From: Geobacter sp. UBA5735
GTDB lineage: Bacteria; Desulfobacterota; Desulfuromonadia; Geobacterales; Geobacteraceae
Direction of reading: 5' to 3'
Length of the DNA stretch: 64,000 nt
Assembly: GCA_002419385.1 (NCBI GenBank)
Contig: DIFZ01000024.1
Location: forward strand, 749-64,748
Shown: positions 8,238-16,581 of the stretch, one piece after another
Layout: each line of letters starts with the position of its first letter
How positions within the stretch are numbered: the first letter of the stretch is position 1
Made by a program: the position numbers and the translations under genes
The notes under the pieces: generated by a model
What the model saw: only the letters and a program-made list of their open reading frames with translations
Told to the model about the DNA's origin: nothing
Databases searched by the model: none

Positions 8238-9614
8238 TCACAACTTTTCCCGGTACAGCCTCTCTCCCTTTGCTGACGTCAGGTTATAGAGACAGAACGG
8301 TATCATCCTGCCATCCGGGGCCACAACATGGATGCAGCAGTCCTTCGTCCGCTCCAGGTCCAGGTTCCAGGCATCCTGGAATGCCATGCACGAAACCGAC
8401 AGCATGTTCGTCCTGACCCGCTCGAGGAATCCGTCAAGAGAATCCACACCCGGCGCATTGGCGGAGGATTCGCAGCAGCGACACTCCGACACTTTGGCCG
8501 CAGGTGGCGCTGACCACTGTCGGGCCGTGAAGGAGACAGCATGGGCATCGCCACTTTCCGCGTCACCGCAACAGCCGCCGCCATGCCCGGTAAGAGCCTG
8601 CAGTCCGCCGTCCGGCTTCGGGATAAAGGTGCCGTGAAATGAACAGAGGGTATTTTCCCACCCCGGGGGTGTGAAGTCCCCGACGCGCATCAGCCCGTCC
8701 GTCTGTTCCTCGATCGCCAGCATGATGTCGGGCAGGGTGAGTCGACGGCTGTTGTCGGGAGCGTCCGGACAGCGGCCGAAGTAACCCACCGGCTGGAAAT
8801 GCACCCCCCGCACGCCGGGAGACAGTTCCAGGGCCAGCCTGATCATGGCGCCGATATTGTGGTGATTGACACCGGGAACAATGGTCGGCACCAGTACCAC
8901 GCCGATGCCGTTCTCCACGCACCGCTCTATGGCACGCCGTTTTTCGCCATAGAAAGCGCGCCCTCTCAGCTTCCGGTAGATTTCGTCTTCCGTCCCGTCG
9001 AACTGGAGAAAGACTGAAGCGGCACCGGCCTGCCGCAGCGCGGAAGCGTAATCCTCTTCCAATGCAAGCCGTAAGCCGTTGGTATTCACCTGGATGAAGG
9101 GGAAACCCAGGGAGCGCCCCATCTCGATAATGGCCGGGAGATCGTCCCGAACCGTCGGCTCGCCCCCGGACAGCTGGATAATGATGTCGGAACCGTATGC
9201 CCGGAGCACCCGCCGATACCATTCGGCGATCTCCTCCAGCGGAGGATCGGAAGCAGCTTCCGAGCCGGCATCGGCAAAACAGACAGGACAGCGCAGGTTG
9301 CAACGGCAGGTAACCTCGAGAACGGCCGTACAGGCATTCTTGCGGTGCGTCGGACAGATCCCGCAGTCAAACGGGCAGCCCCGCTCCGCAAGCGTCTGGG
9401 ATTCGCTGGTCCGCATCACGTTGGGCTGTCTTTTCCACCCTTGGAACTGCGGCCCGCCACGCCAGATGATGGTGCGGAACTCACCGTGCTCGGAGCACTT
9501 CTTTACCAGGTAAACATCATCACCATTGGCCTCCCTGACAGCAGGAATCCGCGCAAGACAGTGAGGGCAAAGGCTCTCGGTTCGAAAAGCCCCCCCGCAA
9601 TCGCAACCACCCAT
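8238..9614 (-). CDS. radical SAM protein with N-terminal zinc-ribbon
   Basis: 458 aa. It has the CxxxCxxC motif (CNLRCPVCFA), preceded by CPHC...C...H and CPFDCGIC Cys clusters. There is a TAATG overlap with the upstream gene. Confidence 0.8.
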   Translation of the reverse strand: MGGCDCGGAFRTESLCPHCLARIPAVREANGDDVYLVKKCSEHGEFRTIIWRGGPQFQGWKRQPNVMRTSESQTLAERGCPFDCGICPTHRKNACTAVLEVTCRCNLRCPVCFADAGSEAASDPPLEEIAEWYRRVLRAYGSDIIIQLSGGEPTVRDDLPAIIEMGRSLGFPFIQVNTNGLRLALEEDYASALRQAGAASVFLQFDGTEDEIYRKLRGRAFYGEKRRAIERCVENGIGVVLVPTIVPGVNHHNIGAMIRLALELSPGVRGVHFQPVGYFGRCPDAPDNSRRLTLPDIMLAIEEQTDGLMRVGDFTPPGWENTLCSFHGTFIPKPDGGLQALTGHGGGCCGDAESGDAHAVSFTARQWSAPPAAKVSECRCCESSANAPGVDSLDGFLERVRTNMLSVSCMAFQDAWNLDLERTKDCCIHVVAPDGRMIPFCLYNLTSAKGERLYREKL

Positions 9615-10051
9615 TACCTGCCCTCGAACAGGTTGAATTCGTTTTCCATCAGAATTTCCATGACCTTCCGGTAGGTCGCGGCAACCACACCGCCGCAGCG
9701 CTCGTTCCGGAGCGCACCCTCCTCTGATATGGCATCGCAGCTGATTCCGCCGTACTGTCCCGAATAGGTTGCCCGGAACCAGTCGCCCAATTCATGGAGC
9801 ATACCCATGAGACGGCAATGCTCTTCCTCATCATTCGTACCCTTTCCCGCATAAAGCGACAGGATGCAGGCGCCGCCCGTCAGAGCGCCGCAGACATCAC
9901 CGATTCCGACGCCGAAGGCCAGTCCGGCCATGGCACGAACGAGGTCGGGGTTGGTCTTTTCCTGGCTCTCCAGGGTAAGGAGCATCATGATCTGGCTGCA
10001 GTAATATCCCTTGGCTTTCAAATCCATCATGCGAAACATCAAATCATCCAT
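9614..10051 (-). CDS. C_GCAxxG_C_C family protein
   Basis: It carries the signature CSQ...GDVCGALTGGACIL...CRL...CD..C. The start was set at the ATG at 10051, which has AAGGGGGAG upstream and forms ATGGATGA with the methyltransferase stop. Confidence 0.75.
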   Translation of the reverse strand: MDDLMFRMMDLKAKGYYCSQIMMLLTLESQEKTNPDLVRAMAGLAFGVGIGDVCGALTGGACILSLYAGKGTNDEEEHCRLMGMLHELGDWFRATYSGQYGGISCDAISEEGALRNERCGGVVAATYRKVMEILMENEFNLFEGR

Positions 10052-10814
10052 TGAGACGCTCCCCCTTTTTCGAATTTCGTGCAACCAGCAAAAAATAACC
10101 GGGTGAAAACAGCCTGGAACCGGGCAAGCTGCCGCACCATGAATTCAAGATAGTGCGATATTCATGGATTTCAGTATGGGGTTCACTGCTGAGAATCAGT
10201 TGCGCCGCCAGTTCCTTGAGGTACCGTGTATGATCTTCCCACACCAGCAACTCGAACCCGGAATCTCCCAGAAGCTTTTCAATGAAAGTCCGTGTCTGAA
10301 GCATGGAAGAACATCCGCAGTACATCACCGGTTCCCTTGAACCGCCACAGTCCGGCTGGCGGTCATATATGTCGCTCAAAATCAGGACACCGTCGGCGCG
10401 AAGAACACGCAAAAACTCTCTTAGAGCCCGTTGAGGTTCCGTTACCAGTGAAAGCACACACTCGCACAGGATTACGTCGCAGCAGCAATCAGCAAAAGGA
10501 AGCTCTTCGGCCCGCGCCAAAGCCAGGGGAAGCGATTCAGCGCTCCCGGATTCGCGGAACAGGCATCCAGACACATCGACACCGAAAGCCCTGAAGCGGA
10601 GCTTGTTCCGCAAGTACTCGACCGTAGCTCCGGTCCCGCACCCCACATCGAGGACCCGAACCCCAGGGCTGAATCCACCAAGGGCAAGCCCCCTTTCAGT
10701 CAGCCGGAAACCTCCGGGCCTGAGCGCCGGGCCGGTCACCGCACGCAAGGAAGCCGATTCATGCAGTGCTGAGAGCGCCTGAATCGGCGTCTTGCCTTCC
10801 CTACTTGTCTTCAA
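10044..10814 (-). CDS. class I SAM-dependent methyltransferase
   Basis: It has the motif VLDVGCGTGATVEYL and a post-I acidic residue. The track start at 10970 adds a W/R-rich N-terminus that overlaps the Zn-ribbon gene in another frame. I placed the start tentatively at the TTG at 10814; the exact start is uncertain. Confidence 0.65.
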   Translation of the reverse strand: MKTSREGKTPIQALSALHESASLRAVTGPALRPGGFRLTERGLALGGFSPGVRVLDVGCGTGATVEYLRNKLRFRAFGVDVSGCLFRESGSAESLPLALARAEELPFADCCCDVILCECVLSLVTEPQRALREFLRVLRADGVLILSDIYDRQPDCGGSREPVMYCGCSSMLQTRTFIEKLLGDSGFELLVWEDHTRYLKELAAQLILSSEPHTEIHEYRTILNSWCGSLPGSRLFSPGYFLLVARNSKKGERLNG

Positions 10815-11004
10815 GGATTCGTTCTGCTTCCGCCATCCTCCCCAGAGCCAGGCTCTCCGGGACCAGGACGAGATCGCACGCCGGGCAGGCGGGCAGGTCC
10901 ACCTCGAAATTCCCTTTTTCGTATGAAAAGAATACCTTGGTGAGTTGAAGCTTTCCTCCGCAGGATGCACAGGTCCAGGCTTCGGCCTCTTGAGAGAAAT
11001 TCAT
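10801..11004 (-). CDS. small zinc-ribbon protein (CxxC...CxxC)
   Basis: 67 aa: MNFSQEAEAWTCASCGGKLQ...DLPACPACDLVLV. There is an ATGA overlap with the upstream oxidoreductase stop. From memory it matches a small 'redox protein' family named after DVU_1557. Confidence 0.6.
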   Translation of the reverse strand: MNFSQEAEAWTCASCGGKLQLTKVFFSYEKGNFEVDLPACPACDLVLVPESLALGRMAEAERILEDK

Positions 11005-13331
11005 TTCTTGATCCCCACGATTTTCATTCTGTGACAGTATGCATTCAGTACCGTGAAGCCATCGCCCTCAAGCTGATACTCCACCCAGAACGTCACGTTC
11101 GCCGGTTGCAGATATGCCAGGAAATTGCCGCTTTCACTGCACTGCATCCTCATGCCGCTCGATTCGGCATGCAAAATCACTTTCCTGATATCTTCCTCGA
11201 GGATCCTGCGCTCGTCGACGCGTTTGCGCACCTCGGGCGACATGACCAGCGCCAGCTTTTCGTAGTGCTCCAACTGAGGCTCCTTCCCCTCGCCAAGTTC
11301 AGCAAGGACAGATTCCTTGACGCGTACGCGGCCATCGCGGCGCTCCGACCAGGATATCCAGCCGCGGGCGGCGGGATCGGCGCCCGCGACAACGGGGAAA
11401 AGATGCTCGATGATATGGGATATGCGTTTCCCGACAAAGGCGAAGTTGTCCCTGCACATTGCGCAATACGCCAGGTAGTCGTTATCGCTCGCCGTTGTCC
11501 TCCTGGCAACCACGTCCCGTGCCAGGGTCGGGTTCGCGTTGTACATGAGCCCCCCGTAGCCGCAGCATTCCGGCTTCTCTCCGCTCAGTGGAAGCTCCTC
11601 GATGCCCATGCCGAGGGATTCGAGAATCCTGCGGATGCCCTGCTGCTCCTCCTGTTTCTGGCGGGACGCACAGGGATCGACAACCGATACGGTGACTTCC
11701 CCGGCCCCGGACACCCGTACCGAAACGGGCAACCCTGCATCAAGGATGGTACTCCAGAGAGAAACCGGTTCCGTTTCCGGCAGGTGTTCCTGGAACATAT
11801 TCAGGCAGGTAGTGCAGGCAGTGATGATCCGGGGTTTGCCCATCTTCTCCCAGCAACCCCGTATTTCGTTCAGCGCCTGACTGAACAGGTCTTCCCGTCC
11901 TGCCCAGAAAGCGGGGGCACCGCAGCAGTGGAGCAGGATGCCCACACCGCCGGTCAGCTTCTCCCTCAGGTAATGGTAGGAGGACAGGACCTCGCCAGGC
12001 GCGGATCCGCACAGCTGACAGCTGGGGAAATAGAGCCAGGCGCTCTCGCTTTTCCCAGGTTCACGGCGGCACAGGCTGAAAAGATCGCTGTTGCTGAATG
12101 CCATGTCGTCAAGGGCGAATTCGTGGAAGGAAGCCGGCATGATTTTCTGCTTCAGCAGGGTGCGGCGCGCCTCAAGACACATGTCGGCCATGCTGAAATC
12201 GTTCGGGCAGATGGTCTCGCACAGGCCGCAGGTGCTGCAGGAATTCGTGAAAACGTTGTACTGGTGGGCAGCACCCAGGAGGATACGTTCATTATTGAAG
12301 ATCTCCCGTGCGTATTTCTTCGGATACGCCTTGTAGCGTTCCAAAAAGAGGCATTTTTTCACGCACTCCCTGCATTCGCACTGAATGCAGCGCTTCGCCT
12401 CCATGTGCGCCTCTTCTTCCGAATAACCCTTTACGGAATCAGCAGGCACGACCCTCGGCAGCGGATCGATTCCTTCAAGGCTGGTGAAAAGCCGGGAACT
12501 GCATGGGCCCTCGTTTTCCCTGCCGAATTCCAAACCGACCTTCTGCATCAGGCGTTCTATGGAGAGGGCCGGCTTTCTTCCTTCCAATGTCTCCATGACC
12601 GGCGAAAAACCGCCTCGGAAGCGGGTACCGCCACCGGCGAACACCCCATCCCTGCCTGTGGCTCCCGTTGAAGGTGTAACAGCGATGAGGCCGTCGCCAT
12701 CCAGTTCGAGAGGAAGAGCACACCCATGGAATGAATCACGATCCAGAATCACGGCTGCGTATTCTTCACAAACCTGTTCAAAAAATGCCTTGTCAAGCCG
12801 GACTCCAAGGTGGATGTCCGCCATCATACTTTCAAGGACCAAGAGTTCCTCGGCGAGAATTTCCCGTGGCAGTATCCGCTCCGGAAGATCCCAAAGCGGC
12901 CCGCCAAGCCGCTCGCCCGATTCAAAAACGGAAACTACAAACCCTTTCTTGAGAAGATCCCAGGCGGCGGTTACACCGGCCAGACCCGCCCCGAGAACAG
13001 CGATGCGGTGGTTTTTGCGAGGCAGCAGCTGGACACGCTTTTTCCCGGCAAACTTCTCAACGCAGAGCCGTTCCAATGATCCGATGGCCAGGGGACCACC
13101 CACGGGGCCCCGCTTGCACCGCTCCTCGCAAGGATGGTCGCAGATGCGCCCCAGGATGCCGGGAAAAGGCATGGTCTTGTTCAGGACCTTATAGGCAGCG
13201 TCCCAGTCACCCTTGCGGATCTCCTTCAGAAAAAGCCTGGCATCGACATGGAGCGGACAGGCCGACGTACATTCGGGAGATTCCTCCTGGATGCATTTGT
13301 TTTCCCATGCAATGAGTTCGTTCTTTTCCAT
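11001..13331 (-). CDS. multidomain flavo/FeS oxidoreductase: GltD-like N-terminus, NAD(P)/FAD Rossmann, 2x[4Fe-4S], HdrD-type CCG domains
   Basis: Track ORF to 13409; I set the start at the ATG at 13331 (GAAGG upstream). Domains read in order:
- CPLHVDARLFLKEI...ICDHPCEERC, a glutamate-synthase small-subunit-like FeS domain.
- IAVLGAGLAGVTAAWDL, a dinucleotide-binding motif.
- CIQCECRECVKKC and CSTCGLCETICP, ferredoxin-type clusters.
- Two Cys-rich CCG-like regions (LHCCGAP, PECCGYGG). Confidence 0.75.
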   Translation of the reverse strand: MEKNELIAWENKCIQEESPECTSACPLHVDARLFLKEIRKGDWDAAYKVLNKTMPFPGILGRICDHPCEERCKRGPVGGPLAIGSLERLCVEKFAGKKRVQLLPRKNHRIAVLGAGLAGVTAAWDLLKKGFVVSVFESGERLGGPLWDLPERILPREILAEELLVLESMMADIHLGVRLDKAFFEQVCEEYAAVILDRDSFHGCALPLELDGDGLIAVTPSTGATGRDGVFAGGGTRFRGGFSPVMETLEGRKPALSIERLMQKVGLEFGRENEGPCSSRLFTSLEGIDPLPRVVPADSVKGYSEEEAHMEAKRCIQCECRECVKKCLFLERYKAYPKKYAREIFNNERILLGAAHQYNVFTNSCSTCGLCETICPNDFSMADMCLEARRTLLKQKIMPASFHEFALDDMAFSNSDLFSLCRREPGKSESAWLYFPSCQLCGSAPGEVLSSYHYLREKLTGGVGILLHCCGAPAFWAGREDLFSQALNEIRGCWEKMGKPRIITACTTCLNMFQEHLPETEPVSLWSTILDAGLPVSVRVSGAGEVTVSVVDPCASRQKQEEQQGIRRILESLGMGIEELPLSGEKPECCGYGGLMYNANPTLARDVVARRTTASDNDYLAYCAMCRDNFAFVGKRISHIIEHLFPVVAGADPAARGWISWSERRDGRVRVKESVLAELGEGKEPQLEHYEKLALVMSPEVRKRVDERRILEEDIRKVILHAESSGMRMQCSESGNFLAYLQPANVTFWVEYQLEGDGFTVLNAYCHRMKIVGIKK

Positions 13332-13380
13332 CGGGACCTTCTTTCGTCGGGAATCATGGAGAATGACAACAGAAAACGAT

Positions 13381-13407
13381 GGAGAGCCGGTGATGCGGTG
13401 ACTCTCC
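13381..13407 (-). promoter_or_regulatory. 5'-proximal stem-loop of the accessory-operon mRNA
   Basis: The minus-strand RNA GGAGAGUC-ACCGCAUCACC-GGCUCUCC forms an 8-bp stem including one G.U pair. That pair would be a C/A mismatch on the other strand. It is followed by AUCGUUUUCUGUUGU and lies between the ModE box and the start codon. Confidence 0.4.
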
Positions 13408-13435
13408 ATCGTTATAACATAAAATACATTACGAT
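13408..13435 (-). promoter_or_regulatory. ModE-type operator (box 1)
   Basis: The minus strand reads ATCGTAATGTA-TTTTAT-GTTATAACGAT. This is an 11-6-11 palindrome of the ATCGnTATATA-N6-TATATAnCGAT type. It sits about 75 nt upstream of the oxidoreductase start. Confidence 0.7.
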
Positions 13436-13499
13436 TAAAGTGTTATGGAGCCGGCCGGGTCATGCACCGGCTCCAAGAGCTTGAAACAGCCACTTTCTG

Positions 13500-16304
13500 C
13501 TATTTTTTCGGTGGCGCGGAGTTTACATCCTGGCATACATAACCCTGGGCCAGAGCGTCGGACACGTCGAAAGCCTTCTTCGGCGACTTGAGCGCCGCGA
13601 GGATCTTCTCGGGGTATGCCGGCAGGTGACGGATGCGTGCGCCGCATGCGTTGTCGATGGCGTTGATGACGGCGCAGTGAGGAGCGGACAGCGGAAGTTC
13701 GCCGACGCCGCCGGCGCCGAAGGCGCCCAGTTCACGAGGCTTGGTCACATAGATGATTTCGAGATCGTCGGTGATGTCCTTGCAGAACGGGAAGCCCGCG
13801 CCGATCATGTTGGAGTGCGCCTTGATCATCTCGAAGTCTTCGGTAAGGGCCAGTCCGATACCCTGGGCCAAACCGCCGTAGATCTGGCCGTCAACGACCA
13901 GTTGGTTGGTGATGGTGCCGACGTCGGCCACATGGGTCATCTTGTAGCAATGAGCCTTGCCGGTGGTAATGTCGACTTCGACTTCCGCCAGGAACAGACC
14001 GTACATGTAAATACAGAACGGTTCGCCCTTGCCGGTCTCGACGTCGCACGGCGTGCACGGCGTGGTCCATTTGCCGTATACCTGGGTTTCGATTCCTTCC
14101 TTCACCATTTCGTCATAGGTGCGATAGGTGCCGTCAGCTTTCCTCATGGCCGCAAGCAGGTTCTCGCAGGAAACCCTGATGGCGTTGCCGGTGACGACGT
14201 TGTTGCGGCTGCCGCCGGACGGGCCGCTGTTCGGGGTCAGACTGGTGTCGTTCAGGCAGAGGTGGATCTGGGACGGTTTCAGCCCGAGGGGCTTGAGGGT
14301 TTCATGGGCGAATGCAAGGGTGCCCATATCGGAACCCTGGCCGTGATCCTGCCAGCTGTTGCCCATCATCACTTCGTTGTTGGGCAGGAGTTTAGCCCAG
14401 CTTTCGGATGTGTCGGGGCCGTCGAGGCCGCAACCGTAGATGCCGAGGGAAACGCCGACGCCGCACTTCACGGTGTCGGTGCTTCTCAGTTTTGCGTTTG
14501 CAACGGCTCGCTCGTATTTCGGACGGAGCGCTTCGAACTGCTCAGGGAATACGAACACTTCCGGAGTCTGCTGAGTCGGGGTGGTTGCGCCGGGGCGGTA
14601 GCAGTTGATTTCGCGGAGTTCGAACGGGTCTTTCCCCATTTTCTTGGCCAGCTCGTCGATAAGGGACTCGGAGGCGAAGAAGGCCTGCGGAGAACCGTAT
14701 GCGCGGAAAGGGGCGCCCCAGCAGTGGTTGGTGCAGACTGTCCGGCCTTCACCGCGCATGTTCGGGATGTCGTAGCCTGCGAAGGCGTACTGTAAACCAC
14801 GAACGGTGAGGAGGTCGCCGAACTCGGAGTAGGGACCGTGGTCGACGGACCAGTCGGTTTCCGTGGCGAGGAATTTGCCGTCTTTGTCAGCGGCAATCCT
14901 GGCCTTGAACCAGAACGGAGAGCGCTTGCCGGTGTAGAACTGCAGTTGAGCCCAAGAGCAGGAAAGGTGAACCGGTTTGCCGCCGACCGCCATGGTGGCA
15001 ACCGCGAGCAGGGCTTCGTTGGAAGGACAGAATTTGTAACCGAAGGAGCTGCCGCAGGGGTTCTGTACGATGACCAGGTTTTCCAGTTCGACGCCGACAC
15101 CCGGGGCGATCATTGCCTGGTGCAATTGCAGACAAATGGACTTGGAATGGACGACCACCTTGCCTTCATCATTGATGTACGCGAATCCGACGTCCGGCTC
15201 GACGGGCATCTGGGGTTGACGGCCGAGATAGTACTCGCCTTCCACAACATAGGCGGCTTTTTCCATGATCGGCTTGGTGTCCTCACCCTTGACCAGATTC
15301 TGGGTGAAGTAGACGTTCGGGGTGCCGGGGTGAATTTCAATTGCGTCCGGAGCCATGGCTGCCGGCGCGTTCATGTAGTGCGGCAGCACTTCCAGGTCGA
15401 ACTTAACCAGCTTCGCAGCGGCATCGGCATGCGCTTTTGTGTCGGCAATTACGAGAGCAATGGCGTCCCCATACTGGAAGACCTTCTGGTCGTTGAGAAT
15501 CGGGCGGTCCCATCCGTCACCCTTATTGGTGGGGAAGGTAATCAGACCGGTGATGCGGTTCTTGCCCTTGACGTCCTTGTGGGTTACAACCTTGACCACG
15601 CCCGGCGCCTTCTCTGCTGCGGAGGTGTCGATCCCCTTGATGTTTGCATGGGCCACATCGGCGTACGCGATGGCGGCATGGAGGGTGTCTTCGGGGAGCT
15701 GGTCGGCCTTATCGTTGCCGAAATCCCAGAGTCCGCAGACCTTGGCAACGGATGTGGGACGCGGATACCGTGTTCCGTAAACCCTGCCGTCCTCAGGGGC
15801 CTTGTAATCAAATACGGATGCGGACATTTCGCCGCGCAGAACCTTGGCGGCGTCCATCACTGCGTCAACGATGGAGATGTAACCGGTGCAGCGGCAGGCA
15901 TTCTTGTACTGGTGGAACCAGTCACGCACTTCTTCACGGGTCGGGTTCGGGTTGGAATCGAGGAGCGCCTTGGCGGAGACTATGAAACCAGGGGTACAGA
16001 AACCGCACTGAAGTGCGCCGTGGTGGATGAAAGCCTTCTGGAGGGGGTGGAGGTTAATCGGTGTACCGATCCCCTCGGTGGTGGTAATCGTCGACCAGTT
16101 TTCGACCCGCTTCATCTTCATGGTGCAGGTGCGAACGAGCTTGCCGTTCAGGATGACATTGCAGGCGCCGCATGTGCCGGTCGCGCATCCGACCTTGACA
16201 CTGGTCAGGTGTAACTGTTTCCGCAGAACATCGGACAGGAGAGCTTCCTGGTCAACGATCAGCGTCCTCTCGACACCATTTACTTTGAGAACCTTTTTAA
16301 TCAT
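13500..16304 (-). CDS. mop: aldehyde oxidoreductase, xanthine-oxidase family, MOP type (2x[2Fe-2S] plus molybdopterin domains in one chain)
   Basis: Start set at MIKKVLKVNG (AAAGGAGGAGG upstream). The N-terminus KVNGVERTLIVDQEALLSDVLRKQLHLTSVKVGCATGTCGACNVILNGKLVRTCTMKMKRV is near-colinear with Desulfovibrio gigas MOP as I remember it. The second 2Fe-2S motif is CGFCTPGF, followed by about 750 aa of molybdopterin-binding domains. Confidence 0.9.
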   Translation of the reverse strand: MIKKVLKVNGVERTLIVDQEALLSDVLRKQLHLTSVKVGCATGTCGACNVILNGKLVRTCTMKMKRVENWSTITTTEGIGTPINLHPLQKAFIHHGALQCGFCTPGFIVSAKALLDSNPNPTREEVRDWFHQYKNACRCTGYISIVDAVMDAAKVLRGEMSASVFDYKAPEDGRVYGTRYPRPTSVAKVCGLWDFGNDKADQLPEDTLHAAIAYADVAHANIKGIDTSAAEKAPGVVKVVTHKDVKGKNRITGLITFPTNKGDGWDRPILNDQKVFQYGDAIALVIADTKAHADAAAKLVKFDLEVLPHYMNAPAAMAPDAIEIHPGTPNVYFTQNLVKGEDTKPIMEKAAYVVEGEYYLGRQPQMPVEPDVGFAYINDEGKVVVHSKSICLQLHQAMIAPGVGVELENLVIVQNPCGSSFGYKFCPSNEALLAVATMAVGGKPVHLSCSWAQLQFYTGKRSPFWFKARIAADKDGKFLATETDWSVDHGPYSEFGDLLTVRGLQYAFAGYDIPNMRGEGRTVCTNHCWGAPFRAYGSPQAFFASESLIDELAKKMGKDPFELREINCYRPGATTPTQQTPEVFVFPEQFEALRPKYERAVANAKLRSTDTVKCGVGVSLGIYGCGLDGPDTSESWAKLLPNNEVMMGNSWQDHGQGSDMGTLAFAHETLKPLGLKPSQIHLCLNDTSLTPNSGPSGGSRNNVVTGNAIRVSCENLLAAMRKADGTYRTYDEMVKEGIETQVYGKWTTPCTPCDVETGKGEPFCIYMYGLFLAEVEVDITTGKAHCYKMTHVADVGTITNQLVVDGQIYGGLAQGIGLALTEDFEMIKAHSNMIGAGFPFCKDITDDLEIIYVTKPRELGAFGAGGVGELPLSAPHCAVINAIDNACGARIRHLPAYPEKILAALKSPKKAFDVSDALAQGYVCQDVNSAPPKK

Positions 16305-16511
16305 ACTTCCTCCTCCTTTGGGTTTTATGTAACCGGGCAATGCCCGGCTACGAGGGATGAAACAAACCCTTCATCGCTCCTGTGGAGAGGATGGCGCTGA
16401 AGGACGGCGAACCAACAAGAATGCCGATAACAGTTCATTCAGACCCACTACCCTGCCTGTGGATGAGACAGGGGTGCTAAAAAAAAGACATGCCGAAAGT
16501 TGTCCATACCT

Positions 16512-16557
16512 GAAAAAAGGCCCCTCACTCCGCCAGTGGAGGAGACAGGAGTGAGGG
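16512..16557 (-). terminator. intrinsic terminator after the MoeA-like gene
   Basis: Minus-strand RNA: CCCUCACUCC-(16 nt)-GGAGUGAGGG followed by GCCUUUUUUC. Confidence 0.65.
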
Positions 16558-16581
16558 AAGGTGGAATGACAAACTTTCTTT

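Noticed and set aside
8563-9303. 246-aa minus-strand ORF in an alternative frame of the radical SAM gene
   Set aside because: It is Arg/Gly/Ala-rich and lies wholly inside a gene with a clear CxxxCxxC radical SAM signature in another frame.
10815-10970. Long N-terminal extension of the methyltransferase ORF
   Set aside because: It overlaps the better-looking 67-aa Zn-ribbon ORF in another frame and is W/R-rich. I shortened the gene, but the true start remains uncertain.
10965-12671. 568-aa ORF on the plus strand
   Set aside because: It is antisense to the FeS/flavin oxidoreductase. Its composition is low-complexity and R/A/G/H-rich, and it has no motifs.
13626-16214. 389-aa and 458-aa plus-strand ORFs (13626..14795, 14838..16214)
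   Set aside because: Both are antisense to the MOP aldehyde oxidoreductase, whose identity is unambiguous. They are shadow ORFs.
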